In this document: positions 1 through 13,481 of the stretch, one piece after another
Position numbering within the stretch: position 1 is the first letter of the stretch
Layout: each line of letters opens with the position of its first letter
Assembly: GCA_032718475.1 (NCBI GenBank)
Contig: JAUCBJ010001849.1
Coordinates: forward strand, 1-64,000
Origin: Nemertoderma westbladi
Lineage: Eukaryota > Animalia > Xenacoelomorpha
Length of the DNA stretch: 64,000 nucleotides
Reading direction: 5' to 3'
Made by a program: the position numbers and the translations under genes
The notes under the pieces: model-generated
What the model was told of the DNA's origin: nothing
The model's database searches: none
What the model saw: only the letters and a program-made list of their open reading frames with translations

Positions 1-3000
1 AACATAATAAAGTAAATAATAATAATAAAGTAAATAATAATAATCAAGTAAATAATAATAATAAAGTAAATAATAAACATAATCAAGTAAATAATAAACA
101 TAATAAAGTAAATAATAAACATAATAAAGTAAATAATAAACATAATAAAGTAAATAATAATAATAAAGTAAATAATAATAATCAAGTAAATAATAATAAC
201 AAAGTAAATAATAAACATAATAAAGTAAATAATAAACATAATAAAGTAAATAATAAACATAATAAAGTAAATAATAATAATAAAGTAAATAATAATAATC
301 AAGTAAATAATAATAATAAAGTAAATAATAAACATAATAAAGTAAATAATAAACATAATAAAGTAAATAATAATAATAAAGTAAATAATAATAATCAAGT
401 AAATAATAATAACAAAGTAAATAATAAACATAATAAAGTAAATAATAAACATAATAAAGTAAATAATAAACATAATAAAGTAAATAATAAACATAATAAA
501 GTAAATAATAATAATAAAGTAAATAATAATAATCAAGTAAATAATAATAACAAAGTAAATAATAAACATAATAAAGTAAATAATAAACATAATAAAGTAA
601 ATAATAAACATAATAAAGTAAATAATAATAATAAAGTAAATAATAATAATCAAGTAAATAATAATAATAAAGTAAATAATAAACATAATCAAGTAAATAA
701 TAATAATAAAGTAAATAATAAACATAATCAAGTAAATAATAATAATAAAGTAAATAATAAACATAATAAAGTAAATAATAATAACAAAGTAAATAATAAA
801 CATAATAAAGTAAATAATAAACATAATAAAGTAAATAATAAACATAATAAAGTAAATAATAAACATAATCAAGTAAATAATAATAACAAAGTAAATAATA
901 AACATAATAAAGTAAATAATAAACATAATCAAGTAAATAATAATAATAAAGTAAATAATAAACATAATCAAGTAAATAATAATAATAAAGTAAATAATAA
1001 TAACAAAGTAAATAATAAACATAATAAAGTAAATAATAAACATAATAAAGTAAATAATAATAACAAAGTAAATAATAAACATAATAAAGTAAATAATAAA
1101 CATAATCAAGTAAATAATAATAATAAAGTAAATAATAATAACAAAGTAAATAATAAACATAATAAAGTAAATAATAAACATAATAAAGTAAATAATAATA
1201 ACAAAGTAAATAATAAACATAATAAAGTAAATAATAAACATAATAAAGTAAATAATAATAACAAAGTAAATAATAAACATAATAAAGTAAATAATAAACA
1301 TAATAAAGTAAATAATAATAACAAAGTAAATAATAAACATAATAAAGTAAATAATAAACATAATCAAGTAAATAATAATAATAAAGTAAATAATAAACAT
1401 AATAAAGTAAATAATAAACATAATAAAGTAAATAATAATAACAAAGTAAATAATAAACATAATAAAGTAAATAATAAACATAATAAAGTAAATAATAAAC
1501 ATAATAAAGTAAATAATAATAACAAAGTAAATAATAAACATAATAAAGTAAATAATAAACATAATAAAGTAAATAATAATAACAAAGTAAATAATAAACA
1601 TAATAAAGTAAATAATAAACATAATCAAGTAAATAATAATAATAAAGTAAATAATAAACATAATCAAGTAAATAATAATAATAAAGTAAATAATAATAAC
1701 AAAGTAAATAATAAACATAATAAAGTAAATAATAAACATAATAAAGTAAATAATAATAACAAAGTAAATAATAAACATAATAAAGTAAATAATAAACATA
1801 ATCAAGTAAATAATAATAATAAAGTAAATAATAAACATAATCAAGTAAATAATAATAATAAAGTAAATAATAATAACAAAGTAAATAATAAACATAATAA
1901 AGTAAATAATAAACATAATAAAGTAAATAATAATAACAAAGTAAATAATAAACATAATAAAGTAAATAATAAACATAATAAAGTAAATAATAATAACAAA
2001 GTAAATAATAAACATAATAAAGTAAATAATAAACATAATAAAGTAAATAATAATAACAAAGTAAATAATAAACATAATAAAGTAAATAATAAACATAATA
2101 AAGTAAATAATAAACATAATAAAGTAAATAATAAACATAATAAAGTAAATAATAAACATAATCAAGTAAATAATAATAATAAAGTAAATAATAAACATAA
2201 TAAAGTAAATAATAATAACAAAGTAAATAATAAACATAATAAAGTAAATAATAAACATAATAAAGTAAATAATAATAACAAAGTAAATAATAAACATAAT
2301 AAAGTAAATAATAAACATAATCAAGTAAATAATAATAATAAAGTAAATAATAAACATAATAAAGTAAATAATAAACATAATCAAGTAAATAATAATAATA
2401 AAGTAAATAATAAACATAATAAAGTAAATAATAAACATAATAAAGTAAATAATAATAACAAAGTAAATAATAAACATAATAAAGTAAATAATAAACATAA
2501 TAAAGTAAATAATAATAACAAAGTAAATAATAAACATAATAAAGTAAATAATAAACATAATCAAGTAAATAATAATAATAAAGTAAATAATAAACATAAT
2601 AAAGTAAATAATAAACATAATCAAGTAAATAATAATAATAAAGTAAATAATAAACATAATAAAGTAAATAATAAACATAATAAAGTAAATAATAATAACA
2701 AAGTAAATAATAAACATAATAAAGTAAATAATAAACATAATAAAGTAAATAATAATAACAAAGTAAATAATAAACATAATAAAGTAAATAATAAACATAA
2801 TCAAGTAAATAATAATAATAAAGTAAATAATAAACATAATCAAGTAAATAATAATAATAAAGTAAATAATAATAACAAAGTAAATAATAAACATAATAAA
2901 GTAAATAATAAACATAATAAAGTAAATAATAATAATAAAGTAAATAATAAACATAATAAAGTAAATAATAAACATAATCAAGTAAATAATAATAATAAAG

Positions 3001-6000
3001 TAAATAATAAACATAATAAAGTAAATAATAAACATAATAAAGTAAATAATAATAACAAAGTAAATAATAAACATAATAAAGTAAATAATAAACATAATAA
3101 AGTAAATAATAATAACAAAGTAAATAATAAACATAATAAAGTAAATAATAAACATAATCAAGTAAATAATAATAATAAAGTAAATAATAAACATAATCAA
3201 GTAAATAATAATAATAAAGTAAATAATAATAACAAAGTAAATAATAAACATAATAAAGTAAATAATAAACATAATAAAGTAAATAATAATAACAAAGTAA
3301 ATAATAAACATAATAAAGTAAATAATAAACATAATCAAGTAAATAATAATAATAAAGTAAATAATAAACATAATAAAGTAAATAATAATAACAAAGTAAA
3401 TAATAAACATAATAAAGTAAATAATAATAACAAAGTAAATAATAAACATAATAAAGTAAATAATAAACATAATCAAGTAAATAATAATAATAAAGTAAAT
3501 AATAAACATAATAAAGTAAATAATAATAACAAAGTAAATAATAAACATAATAAAGTAAATAATAAACATAATCAAGTAAATAATAATAATAAAGTAAATA
3601 ATAAACATAATCAAGTAAATAATAATAATAAAGTAAATAATAAACATAATAAAGTAAATAATAAACATAATAAAGTAAATAATAATAACAAAGTAAATAA
3701 TAAACATAATAAAGTAAATAATAAACATAATAAAGTAAATAATAAACATAATAAAGTAAATAATAATAACAAAGTAAATAATAATAATAAAGTAAATAAT
3801 AAACATAATAAAGTAAATAATAAACATAATAAAGTAAATAATAATAACAAAGTAAATAATAAACATAATAAAGTAAATAATAAACATAATAAAGTAAATA
3901 ATAATAATAAAGTAAATAATAAACATAATAAAGTAAATAATAATAATAAAGTAAATAATAAACATAATAAAGTAAATAATAAACATAATCAAGTAAATAA
4001 TAATAATAAAGTAAATAATAAACATAATAAAGTAAATAATAATAATAAAGTAAATAATAATAATAAAGTAAATAATAAACATAATAAAGTAAATAATAAA
4101 CATAATCAAGTAAATAATAATAATAAAGTAAATAATAAACATAATCAAGTAAATAATAATAATAAAGTAAATAATAAACATAATAAAGTAAATAATAAAC
4201 ATAATAAAGTAAATAATAATAACAAAGTAAATAATAAACATAATAAAGTAAATAATAAACATAATAAAGTAAATAATAATAATAAAGTAAATAATAAACA
4301 TAATAAAGTAAATAATAATAATAAAGTAAATAATAAACATAATAAAGTAAATAATAATAATAAAGTAAATAATAAACATAATAAAGTAAATAATAAACAT
4401 AATAAAGTAAATAATAAACATAATAAAGTAAATAATAAACATAATAAAGTAAATAATAAACATAATAAAGTAAATAATAATAACAAAGTAAATAATAAAC
4501 ATAATAAAGTAAATAATAAACATAATAAAGTAAATAATAAACATAATAAAGTAAATAATAATAATAAAGTAAATAATAAACATAATAAAGTAAATAATAA
4601 ACATAATAAAGTAAATAATAATAACAAAGTAAATAATAAACATAATAAAGTAAATAATAATAATAAAGTAAATAATAAACATAATCAAGTAAATAATAAT
4701 AATAAAGTAAATAATAAACATAATAAAGTAAATAATAATAATAAAGTAAATAATAAACATAATAAAGTAAATAATAAACATAATAAAGTAAATAATAAAC
4801 ATAATAAAGTAAATAATAAACATAATAAAGTAAATAATAATAATAAAGTAAATAATAATAACAAAGTAAATAATAAACATAATCAAGTAAATAATAATAA
4901 TAAAGTAAATAATAAACATAATAAAGTAAATAATAAACATAATAAAGTAAATAATAAACATAATAAAGTAAATAATAATAATAAAGTAAATAATAAACAT
5001 AATCAAGTAAATAATAATAATAAAGTAAATAATAATAACAAAGTAAATAATAAACATAATAAAGTAAATAATAATAATAAAGTAAATAATAATAACAAAG
5101 TAAATAATAAACATAATAAAGTAAATAATAATAATAAAGTAAATAATAAACATAATAAAGTAAATAATAATAATAAAGTAAATAATAATAACAAAGTAAA
5201 TAATAAACATAATAAAGTAAATAATAAACATAATAAAGTAAATAATAAACATAATAAAGTAAATAATAAACATAATAAAGTAAATAATAAACATAATAAA
5301 GTAAATAATAATAATAAAGTAAATAATAATAACAAAGTAAATAATAAACATAATCAAGTAAATAATAATAATAAAGTAAATAATAAACATAATAAAGTAA
5401 ATAATAATAATAAAGTAAATAATAATAACAAAGTAAATAATAAACATAATAAAGTAAATAATAAACATAATAAAGTAAATAATAAACATAATAAAGTAAA
5501 TAATAAACATAATAAAGTAAATAATAAACATAATAAAGTAAATAATAAACATAATAAAGTAAATAATAAACATAATAAAGTAAATAATAAACATAATAAA
5601 GTAAATAATAATAATAAAGTAAATAATAATAATAAAGTAAATAATAAACATAATAAAGTAAATAATAATAATAAAGTAAATAATAATAACAAAGTAAATA
5701 ATAAACATAATCAAGTAAATAATAATAATAAAGTAAATAATAAACATAATAAAGTAAATAATAATAATAAAATAAATAATAAACATAATAAAGTAAATAA
5801 TAAACATAATCAAGTAAATAATAATAATAAAGTAAATAATAAACATAATAAAGTAAATAATAATAATAAAGTAAATAATAATAACAAAGTAAATAATAAA
5901 CATAATAAAGTAAATAATAATAATAAAGTAAATAATAAACATAATAAAGTAAATAATAAACATAATAAAGTAAATAATAATAATAAAGTAAATAATAATA

Positions 6001-6254
6001 ACAAAGTAAATAATAAACATAATCAAGTAAATAATAAACATAATCAAGTAAATAATAATAATAAAGTAAATAATAATAATAAAGTAAATAATAAACATAA
6101 TAAAGTAAATAATAAACATAATAAAGTAAATAATAAACATAATAAAGTAAATAATAATAATAAAGTAAATAATAAACATAATAAAGTAAATAATAAACAT
6201 AATAAAGTAAATAATAAACATAATAAAGTAAATAATAAACATAATAAAGTAAAT
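1..6254. repeat. AT-rich minisatellite of mixed 21-bp (AAAGTAAATAATAAACATAAT) and 18-bp (AAAGTAAATAATAATAAT) units, intronic to the KLHL8-like gene
   Basis: Direct reading. Variants AAC/AATC; a local 60-bp higher-order pattern (21+21+18) is visible around 1140-1320 and 1860-2060. The array runs off the left edge. Confidence 0.98.
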
Positions 6255-6302
6255 GATATTGTGATGTAATTAGTGTACCAGATACCGATATATCAGATAC
6301 CG

Positions 6303-6495
6303 ATTTACTTGTGATTCGTTTTGATTCTATATTTACATGTGATTGCTTTTGAATCTATATTTACTTGTGATTGCTTTTGATTCTATATTTACTTGTGATT
6401 GCTTTTGATTCTATATTTACTTGTGATTGCTTTTGAATCTATATTTACTTGTGATTGCTTTTGATTCTATATTTACTTGTGATTGCTTTTGATTC
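6303..6495. repeat. 28-bp tandem repeat (about 7 copies) containing the KLHL8 exon 3 end and splice donor
   Basis: ATTTACTTGTGATTGCTTTTGATTCTAT at 6303, 6331, 6359 ... 6471. The minus strand reads AAAAGCAATCACAA|GTAAAT. Confidence 0.93.
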
Positions 6496-6637
6496 GATCA
6501 TCTTTCTCTAACGTCCCAATAATAAACTCCGGGGGTAACATTGGTAAACGGATCTGTCCCAACAGATCCGGAAGCTCAGAGAGACGCGAAGCCAGGTCGT
6601 GTTGGATCCACTTCATTACTGACAAATAAACCTCCAC
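6477..6637 (-). CDS. KLHL8: Kelch-like protein (KLHL8-like), coding exon 3, BACK domain
   Basis: Not in the ORF track. Translates VEVYLSVMKWIQHDLASRLSELPDLLGQIRLPMLPPEFIIGTLEKDDRIKSNH. Acceptor TTTCTAG| is phase 0 and joins ...ITVRSE of exon 2; donor is |GTAAAT. Confidence 0.85.
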
Positions 6638-6767
6638 CTAGAAATAAATCGAAGAAAGTTTCAAAAAAGGGAAAGAAAACGACAGACGCAGGTCGCAGAT
6701 TAACAATTAGGAATTTATATTACGAATATTAAGAATTTATAAGAGATTAGGAATTTATATTCCAAAA

Positions 6768-9700
6768 GTCAGGTCAGGCCTCGAGATCCTGCTACCACTA
6801 TGGCAGTAATGTGGTACTACCTGTAGCTGTCAGCCCAGTAGGGCAGGCCAGATAAGCTCCAGTAGCCTATTCATTATTTAGTTGATTGAGAGTGGGTTGG
6901 TTTCAGCCCCGTCAACTAAATAAGTCATTGAGGGCTACAGCGCCTAGGGTACCATTGAAGGCAAAGGCTTGAGTACGTATCTGCAGAGATGATACACGCC
7001 CCCACTGTCTATACTGGATGCTCCTCTACCAGTGCTAGGTAACCTAACCCAGGAGGCACACTTGGTTCAGGGTACGGTACTGTAACAAAAGGACCCCTAC
7101 AGTTGGCAGCAGGGCTGTAGGCCATGGATAGGCAGAAGGTAATCAACCAACGTCTATACATGCTGACAAGGTTGGAGGAATGTAATCAACCAACGGTGAC
7201 CTACTGCGAAGATGCTTGTGGGAGTTGCAACCACAAGCGGTTTACTCTCGCAACTGAAAGATAGGAGTATGAGAACCCTCCAGGAGAAATACAGGCTCGG
7301 TCGTCACCCGGGTCAACAAGGACCGCGTCCCTCAGTGGTATACTAGGCTGGGGTCGATAAATCGGCTACTGGAACAGAAGACAGAGAAGAAAGAAGAACC
7401 AACCTGTTGAAATGTAAAAAGACACTAAATATTGCTGCAATGAACGCACGCACGCTGATAGCACATACCAAACAGGGTGACATGGTCGCTCTGGCAATGG
7501 AATATAACATCGACATCATCTGCATCCAAGAACATCGGATTTGTCATGAAGACACTGCCATAAAGTACAATGACATTGGAAATGGAAGGACATTAGTAAC
7601 AAGCTCAGCAGTAAGAAACCCGGCCAATGCATCAATTGGTGGAGTAGGAATTCTGCTAAGCCCATTTGCACTTAAGACCCTAAACAACATCGAATCTATA
7701 AATTCCAGGGTTGTGATCGCAACATTTGATAGGAATCCCAAGGCAACAGTTATATGTTGCTACAGTCCAACCAATGCCTCAGAACCAGAACAAGCAGTCA
7801 AGTTTTATGAAAATCTGACGGGACTTATAAAGGACATTCCGAAACACAATGTTAAAGCTATTGCTGGTGACCTGAATGCGCAAATTGGCCCAGAAGACAT
7901 CAAGGGTTACACCTATAACACCAGTTCTAACAGAAATGGGTATTTACTTTTAGACCTAATGGAAGAATGTGAATTGATACCAACAAACAACACATTCGAT
8001 AAGAGTAAGGGGAAGCTATGGACCTTTCAATACCCTAATGGAACCAAAGCACATCTTGATTACATCCTTTTAAACAAAAAGTGGAGAAACAGCATGATCA
8101 ACTGCGAGGCATACAGCTCGTTCAACCTAATTGGTTCGGACCACATAATTGTGACTGCAGAGATCAGACTCAGTTTGAAAGCCAGCAAACCAAGGACAAG
8201 CAAGCAAATCAACTATGACTGGGAGAAACTCAGAACTGACAATGCCGTAAAGGATGCTTACACAAAACCGCTTTGAAACACTTCAGTCAATGGATGAAGA
8301 CCAATCCACCAATTCAATATACCAGAATATAATAACAGCCCACAAGGAATCAGCTAAGAGGCATATCCCCCAGAAACCCAAACGAAAACAGTATGTGCCA
8401 TGGCAAAACTCTGAGGTTACTTGTAAGAGAGAAGATCTTAAGATAGCCTAGAAAGTTAAAACCGAACAACCAACAACCGAAAACATTAACAAGGTTGAGA
8501 AAGCTAAGGACGATCTTAAATTGGCCTACAACATCAGCCAGGAAAAGTACATACAGGGTAAAATTGAAGCAATTACAACTGCTCACATACAGCAACAATC
8601 AAGACTTACCTGGCAAACTGTAAATGAGGTATCTGGTCGGAAAAGTTGTGCAAAGGGGTGCCTCAAAGCCGATAGTCCCGAAGAACGTGTGGGGAAGTGG
8701 AAAAATCACTTCAGCAACTTGCTTGGGCAGCCACCAAACATCGAGGTCAGCCCTACAAGGAAAATATATGACAAGACACTACCTATAGAAACAGGGGACT
8801 TCACACCTGCCGAACTCCAAACAAGCATTAAAAGCATGTCCAATAATAAAGCGAGTGGATTAGATGAAATCCCAGCGGAGGTATGGAAAACCTGAGTGCT
8901 AAACAGACCATTATTGAATGTTTGCAACCGGATGTTAAAAGGGGAAAAGCCACCACCAATTTGGACTAAAGGTCAACTAAAGCCTTTCCCCAAGAAAGGA
9001 GACCTCGGCATACCAACAAACTATCGTGGGATCTGTCTGCTTGTGGTAGCTGCCAAAATATACAATAAAATGATTCTATATAGGATTAGACCTCACATAG
9101 AGAAACTACTGCGTAAGAGCCAAAACGGATTTCGACCAAGTAGATCAACAATAGCTCAGATACTTGCACTACGGAGACTGATTGAAGGAATTAAGTCAAA
9201 GAATCTCCCCGCAGTCATGACTTTTGTGGACTTCAAGACTTCAAGAAGGCATCCGACTTCATCCATAGAGGTAAAATGCTTGAAATCCTAAGAGCTTATG
9301 GAATACCAGAAGTAATTGTTGCTGGCATTGGATTGTTATATTGTGACACAGAAGCGCAGGTACTCTCACCAGATGGTGACACTGAGTTTTTCTCAATCCT
9401 GGCTGGCGTACTGCAAGGTGACACATTAGCACCATTACTATTTGTAATTGTGCTGGATTACGCAATGAGGACGGCCACAAAGGGTAAAGATCTGGGATTC
9501 ACACTTCAAGAACGCAGAAGTAGTAGATATCCGGCAACTACAGTCACAGACACCGACTTTGCGGATGACATCGCCCTGCTCTCTAATACGCTAGCAGATG
9601 CACAGCTTCTACTAAATAAAGTGGAGAGGGCTGCTAAGGAGGTTGGATTGCATATAAATGCTACCAAGACCGAATTCATGACCTTTAATGTTCATGGAAA

Positions 9701-10310
9701 CTTGACAACCATTGATAATAATCAACTAAGGAAGGTTGACGACTTCCAGTGCCTTGGATCATGGATAGAGAGTAGCAAAAAGGACATAGAAGTTAGGAAA
9801 GCAAAGGCTTGGGTAGCTCTATCAAAAATGGATACCATCTGGAAATCAGATCACTCCAGGCACCTGAAGACTAAGTTCTTTCGAGCCACAGTGGAAAGTG
9901 TACTTTTATACGGGGGTGAGACCTGGACACTGACTAAATCACTTGAACAACGAATTGATGGTTGCTACACAAGACTACTAAGGGCAACCCTAAACATCAG
10001 CTGGAGACAACACATGACAAACGCCGAGCTTTATGGTACAATACCACCTGTATCAACCACCCTCCGTGAACGAAGATTAAGATTCAGTGGGCACTGCTGG
10101 CGAAGTAAAGACGAGGTCATACCAGATCTACTTTTCTGGCAACCAACTCATGGAAAGCGTAGTCGTGGACGACCGGCCATAACATATATAGATCAACTTG
10201 AAAGGGATACTGAACTTGGGAGAAACGAAATTGCGACAACTATGGAGAATCGGGCAGCCTGGAAGGATCTCATTTCCACTGTCCGAGCTCTGTCGACCTA
10301 GTAGTAGTAG
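6768..10310 (+). mobile_element. Apparently full-length RTE-like non-LTR retrotransposon (APE endonuclease + RT), disabled
   Basis: APE motifs (ICIQEHR, YSPT, GDLNA, LDYIL, SDH) and RT motifs (QNGFR, GVLQGDTLAP, FADDI). (TAG)n tail. TSD TATTCCAAAA at 6758-6767 and 10311-10320. Stops and frameshifts near 7344, 8265, 8449, 8893 and 9240. Confidence 0.93.
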
Positions 10311-10608
10311 TATTCCAAAATATGGCTGTTTATTGTAGGAGAGTCGGAACAGTGAGCCGTCAGCAAACTGCAATCTATAATTATACCAGGGCCTAAATAC
10401 TATATTTAATGCATCGCATGTGACAACCTTAATTAACGAACGAGGATACCAAAATATATAATATAATAAAATATAATTAATTAATTAATTAAATAATAAT
10501 TAATATCCTGTATTATCTAAATCACTTTAACACAGGTGAATATTATTACAATTTCAAACAACTATAAATCACGCTATATAACAGAAAGATTAATGATGAC
10601 TCTCTCAC

Positions 10609-11231
10609 CTCCGAACGGACGGTTATATCGTTAGACGCGAGGTATTTGAGAAGGAAGTCCTTGGAGACGTTGAGGAACTCCGTGGTGGAGGCAACGGCCA
10701 CGAAGTTACTAGCGATACACGCGTCAGCGGCTCGCACCAACTCGGCGTGGTTGTGGGCCTCGGCCAGGGCTAGGATCTCCAGACAGTTAGTCGCATCGAG
10801 ATGCGTGTTGAGGAACTCGCAGCAGGCGCGCGCAACCACGTTCACCTGGAGGATGGACGCGGCGTAAAGTAGCGACTGGACGTTCTGCGTTGTAACTATG
10901 AGTCGTCCGCAGTACATACAGGTTACCAAGGCCTGCAACGCCTCGGGGTCGATGTCGTGAATGGGGATGGTGTAACGGGACTTCTCGATCATACCGCTGG
11001 TAAACATCGCCCGGAAGTAGTGAGATATACTGGCGAGGACGAGTCGATGGCAGGGGATGAGTCGGGAGCCACAGCTGAGCTCCACGTCGCACAGAGTCCC
11101 GTCGGCCGCGAACTGCCGGAGAGCCGCGAAACAATCGGTCCACAGGTTCGCGAACTCAAACTCTACAGCAGCGGGGCTAGTCGGGTCCCCGGGCGTTAGT
11201 GTATTGGAGGAGGGGGAACTAGGGAGGCGCC
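10609..11231 (-). CDS. KLHL8: Kelch-like protein (KLHL8-like), coding exon 2, BTB and start of BACK domain
   Basis: LCDVELSCGSRLIPCHRLVLASISHYFRAMF...LLYAASILQVNVVARACCEFL resembles KLHL8 as recalled (LQVELVARACCEY). Acceptor ATCCTCCAG| is phase 1; donor GAG|GTGAGA is phase 0. Confidence 0.88.
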
Positions 11232-11600
11232 CTGGAGGATAAATAAATAAAAGTAGAGAGGAGGGGCGCTAGGGAGGCGCCCTGGAGGATAAACAAACAA
11301 ATAGAAGTAACGGGGGGGGGGGGACTAGGGAGGCGCCCTGGAGGATAAATAAATAAAAGTAGAGAGGAGGGGCGCTAGGGAGGCGCCCTGGAGGATAAAC
11401 AAATAAAAGTAGAGAGGAGGGGCGCTAGGGAGGCGCCCTGGAGGATAAACAAACAAATAGAAGTAGGGGGGGGGGTAGGGAGGCGTCCTGGAGGATAAAC
11501 AAATAGAAGTAGAGGGGGGGGGGGGGTAGGGAGGCGTCCTGGGGGATAAACAAATAGAAGTAGAGGGGGGGTAGGGAGGCGTCCTGGAGGATAAACTTCC
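11219..11600. repeat. About 50-56-bp minisatellite (about 8 copies) containing the KLHL8 exon 2 splice acceptor
   Basis: (C)TAGGGAGGCG(C/T)CCTGGAGGATAAA... repeated. On the minus strand each unit reads pyrimidine tract-ATCCTCCAG|G(G/A)CGCCTCCCTA. Confidence 0.9.
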
Positions 11601-13134
11601 AGAGGTGTGGGGGGGGGGGGGGTAACGCAACGATTTTGAACATTTCTTCGGCTAAGATCGTGAAATTTTGCAAACATAGCGATTTTTGTGATATTTTACC
11701 AATACGATAGGTGGAGCTTTGCAAACGTCGTCATTTTTGAGAATGTTCAGTACAATAAAATAAAATCGAATTGCTGTACATCATAAAAATGTCCTTTCTT
11801 TTATAAAAATTATATTCAGTAGTATTTCATTCATTTTCTTTATACTTCAGTGCCTGTAATTACAGGTAGGCCCTACTTGGTTTTGCGACACAAAAATTCA
11901 TGTATTTTTCTTTCTACTTAAATTTGGCAGTATTTATCTTGGTTACACTGCTTTTCTAACCAAAACAATAAACGATTTCATTACAAATTTAAGCAAAGGA
12001 GCAGGTTTCAGAAATGGGGTTCTGGGTCACTATCACTAATGACCTTTTGATAAGAGTGGGGGGGGGGGGGGGGGGGGGGGGGTTCTGGGGCACTAATGAG
12101 ATTTTGATAAAGGGGGGGGGGGGGGGGGGCTGCCAAAAATACCCTTTTTGGATGACGGTAAATTAATTTAAATTAATTAATTAATAGGCCTAGTGTATGT
12201 CGTGTGTGTGCGTACAGTTTGATATCGTACGGTAAATACGTTCAGTTTACAAATAATATTACCGGTACATCGGTAGGCAGATAGGCGGTACTGTTAATTT
12301 TATTTATAGTGTGTACCGGTACGGGCATTAAAAGCAATAGCTTCCTTACAGCATTAATAGCCTATGGTAATAATGCAATTGTGTCATATTACCAATTATC
12401 ATTAGGCCTACATATTAGAAGCCCTAGAAATCAAAAGTCTAGAAATTTTTAATTAATCGATCATTTTTTAATACGTTTTATTCTAAGTAAAATTATTATT
12501 AAGCAATTATTATATTACTGTATTTACAGTGCATATTTTTAGGAATTGTGGTATTTTGTACAATAATAAATCAATTTGCAGTTTGTGGCATTTATTAATA
12601 GGCAGATAGGGGCTAGATAAATAGCAGTTTTAGTTAATTAGGTAATTATATGCAATATTATAGTGCAATTTATGCTAATCAAGTATTGTTATTATTGATA
12701 CTATTGTAGGCTTATTACGTCAATAAATAACTGAATAAACTTTCATATTAGATTTTTTAATAAGGGCATAGAGGAATCAACAAACTTTGAAAAGGAGTGG
12801 TTGGTATGCCATGGACATATCTGAATCAACAAACTTTTGAAAAAAGTATAAGTTGTTCGCCATGGGGATAGGGGAATTATTAAAGTTTGTAAAAAAAAGT
12901 AGGCCGATAAGTGGCTCGCCACTGCAGCACGGGGATAGGGGAAGCGACCAAAAAATTATTAGTGCCTCGTGCTGTCGTGCCTCAAATGTGATAGGCTATT
13001 ACAGTATTAGGCTGTTAGGCCAAACCATTAAACATATCTACACCTAGAGCTAGACCTACCGCCTACTGACCTACGACAGACTGACGCACCGACCGACCAT
13101 CTGCCATCTACCGCTACAAGCTACCGGTACTTAC

Positions 13135-13243
13135 ATCGCGATGTCGCCTTCGATGTACCGGTACTGGTAGATGGGGATGTCAATGAATCCGAATCGCCAT
13201 CCAACTTGATACATTTTGATGTGTCGCTGTTGATCACTTCCAT
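13135..13243 (-). CDS. KLHL8: Probable first coding exon of the KLHL8-like gene
   Basis: ATG at 13243, MEVINSDTSKCIKLDGDSDSLTSPSTSTGTSKATSR, then a perfect donor T|GTAAGT in phase 1 matching the exon 2 acceptor. No domain homology supports it. Confidence 0.6.
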
Positions 13244-13481
13244 CCCGATCCTGTCTGTGCCTTTTACACTGTCAAAGTTAAGTTATGCAAAGTGAAACGG
13301 CTGAACGGTAAACCTGTAAACGGCAACACGGCCTGACGAGTTCAGGAGTTTTTCGATGGATCCAGGTATCAGTGTAGGCCTACCTGCCTACTGGCTGACT
13401 GGCCTATAGTCTGATAGTATATAGGCCTATACCTGTATACTGCTATAGTCTGAAAGTATATCATGTCAGTATGTCTATCAC

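Noticed and set aside
1106-6004. Leu-rich ORFs (LLFTLLC)n
   Set aside because: Translations of the satellite; unit lengths divisible by 3 keep the frames open.
10546-11085. Stand-alone 179-aa BTB protein
   Set aside because: It is an internal exon (10609-11231) of a spliced gene; the ORF start and tail are not real.
12057-12130. Poly-G tracts as functional G-quadruplexes
   Set aside because: Such homopolymers are scattered across the window with no positional pattern, and their lengths are error-prone.
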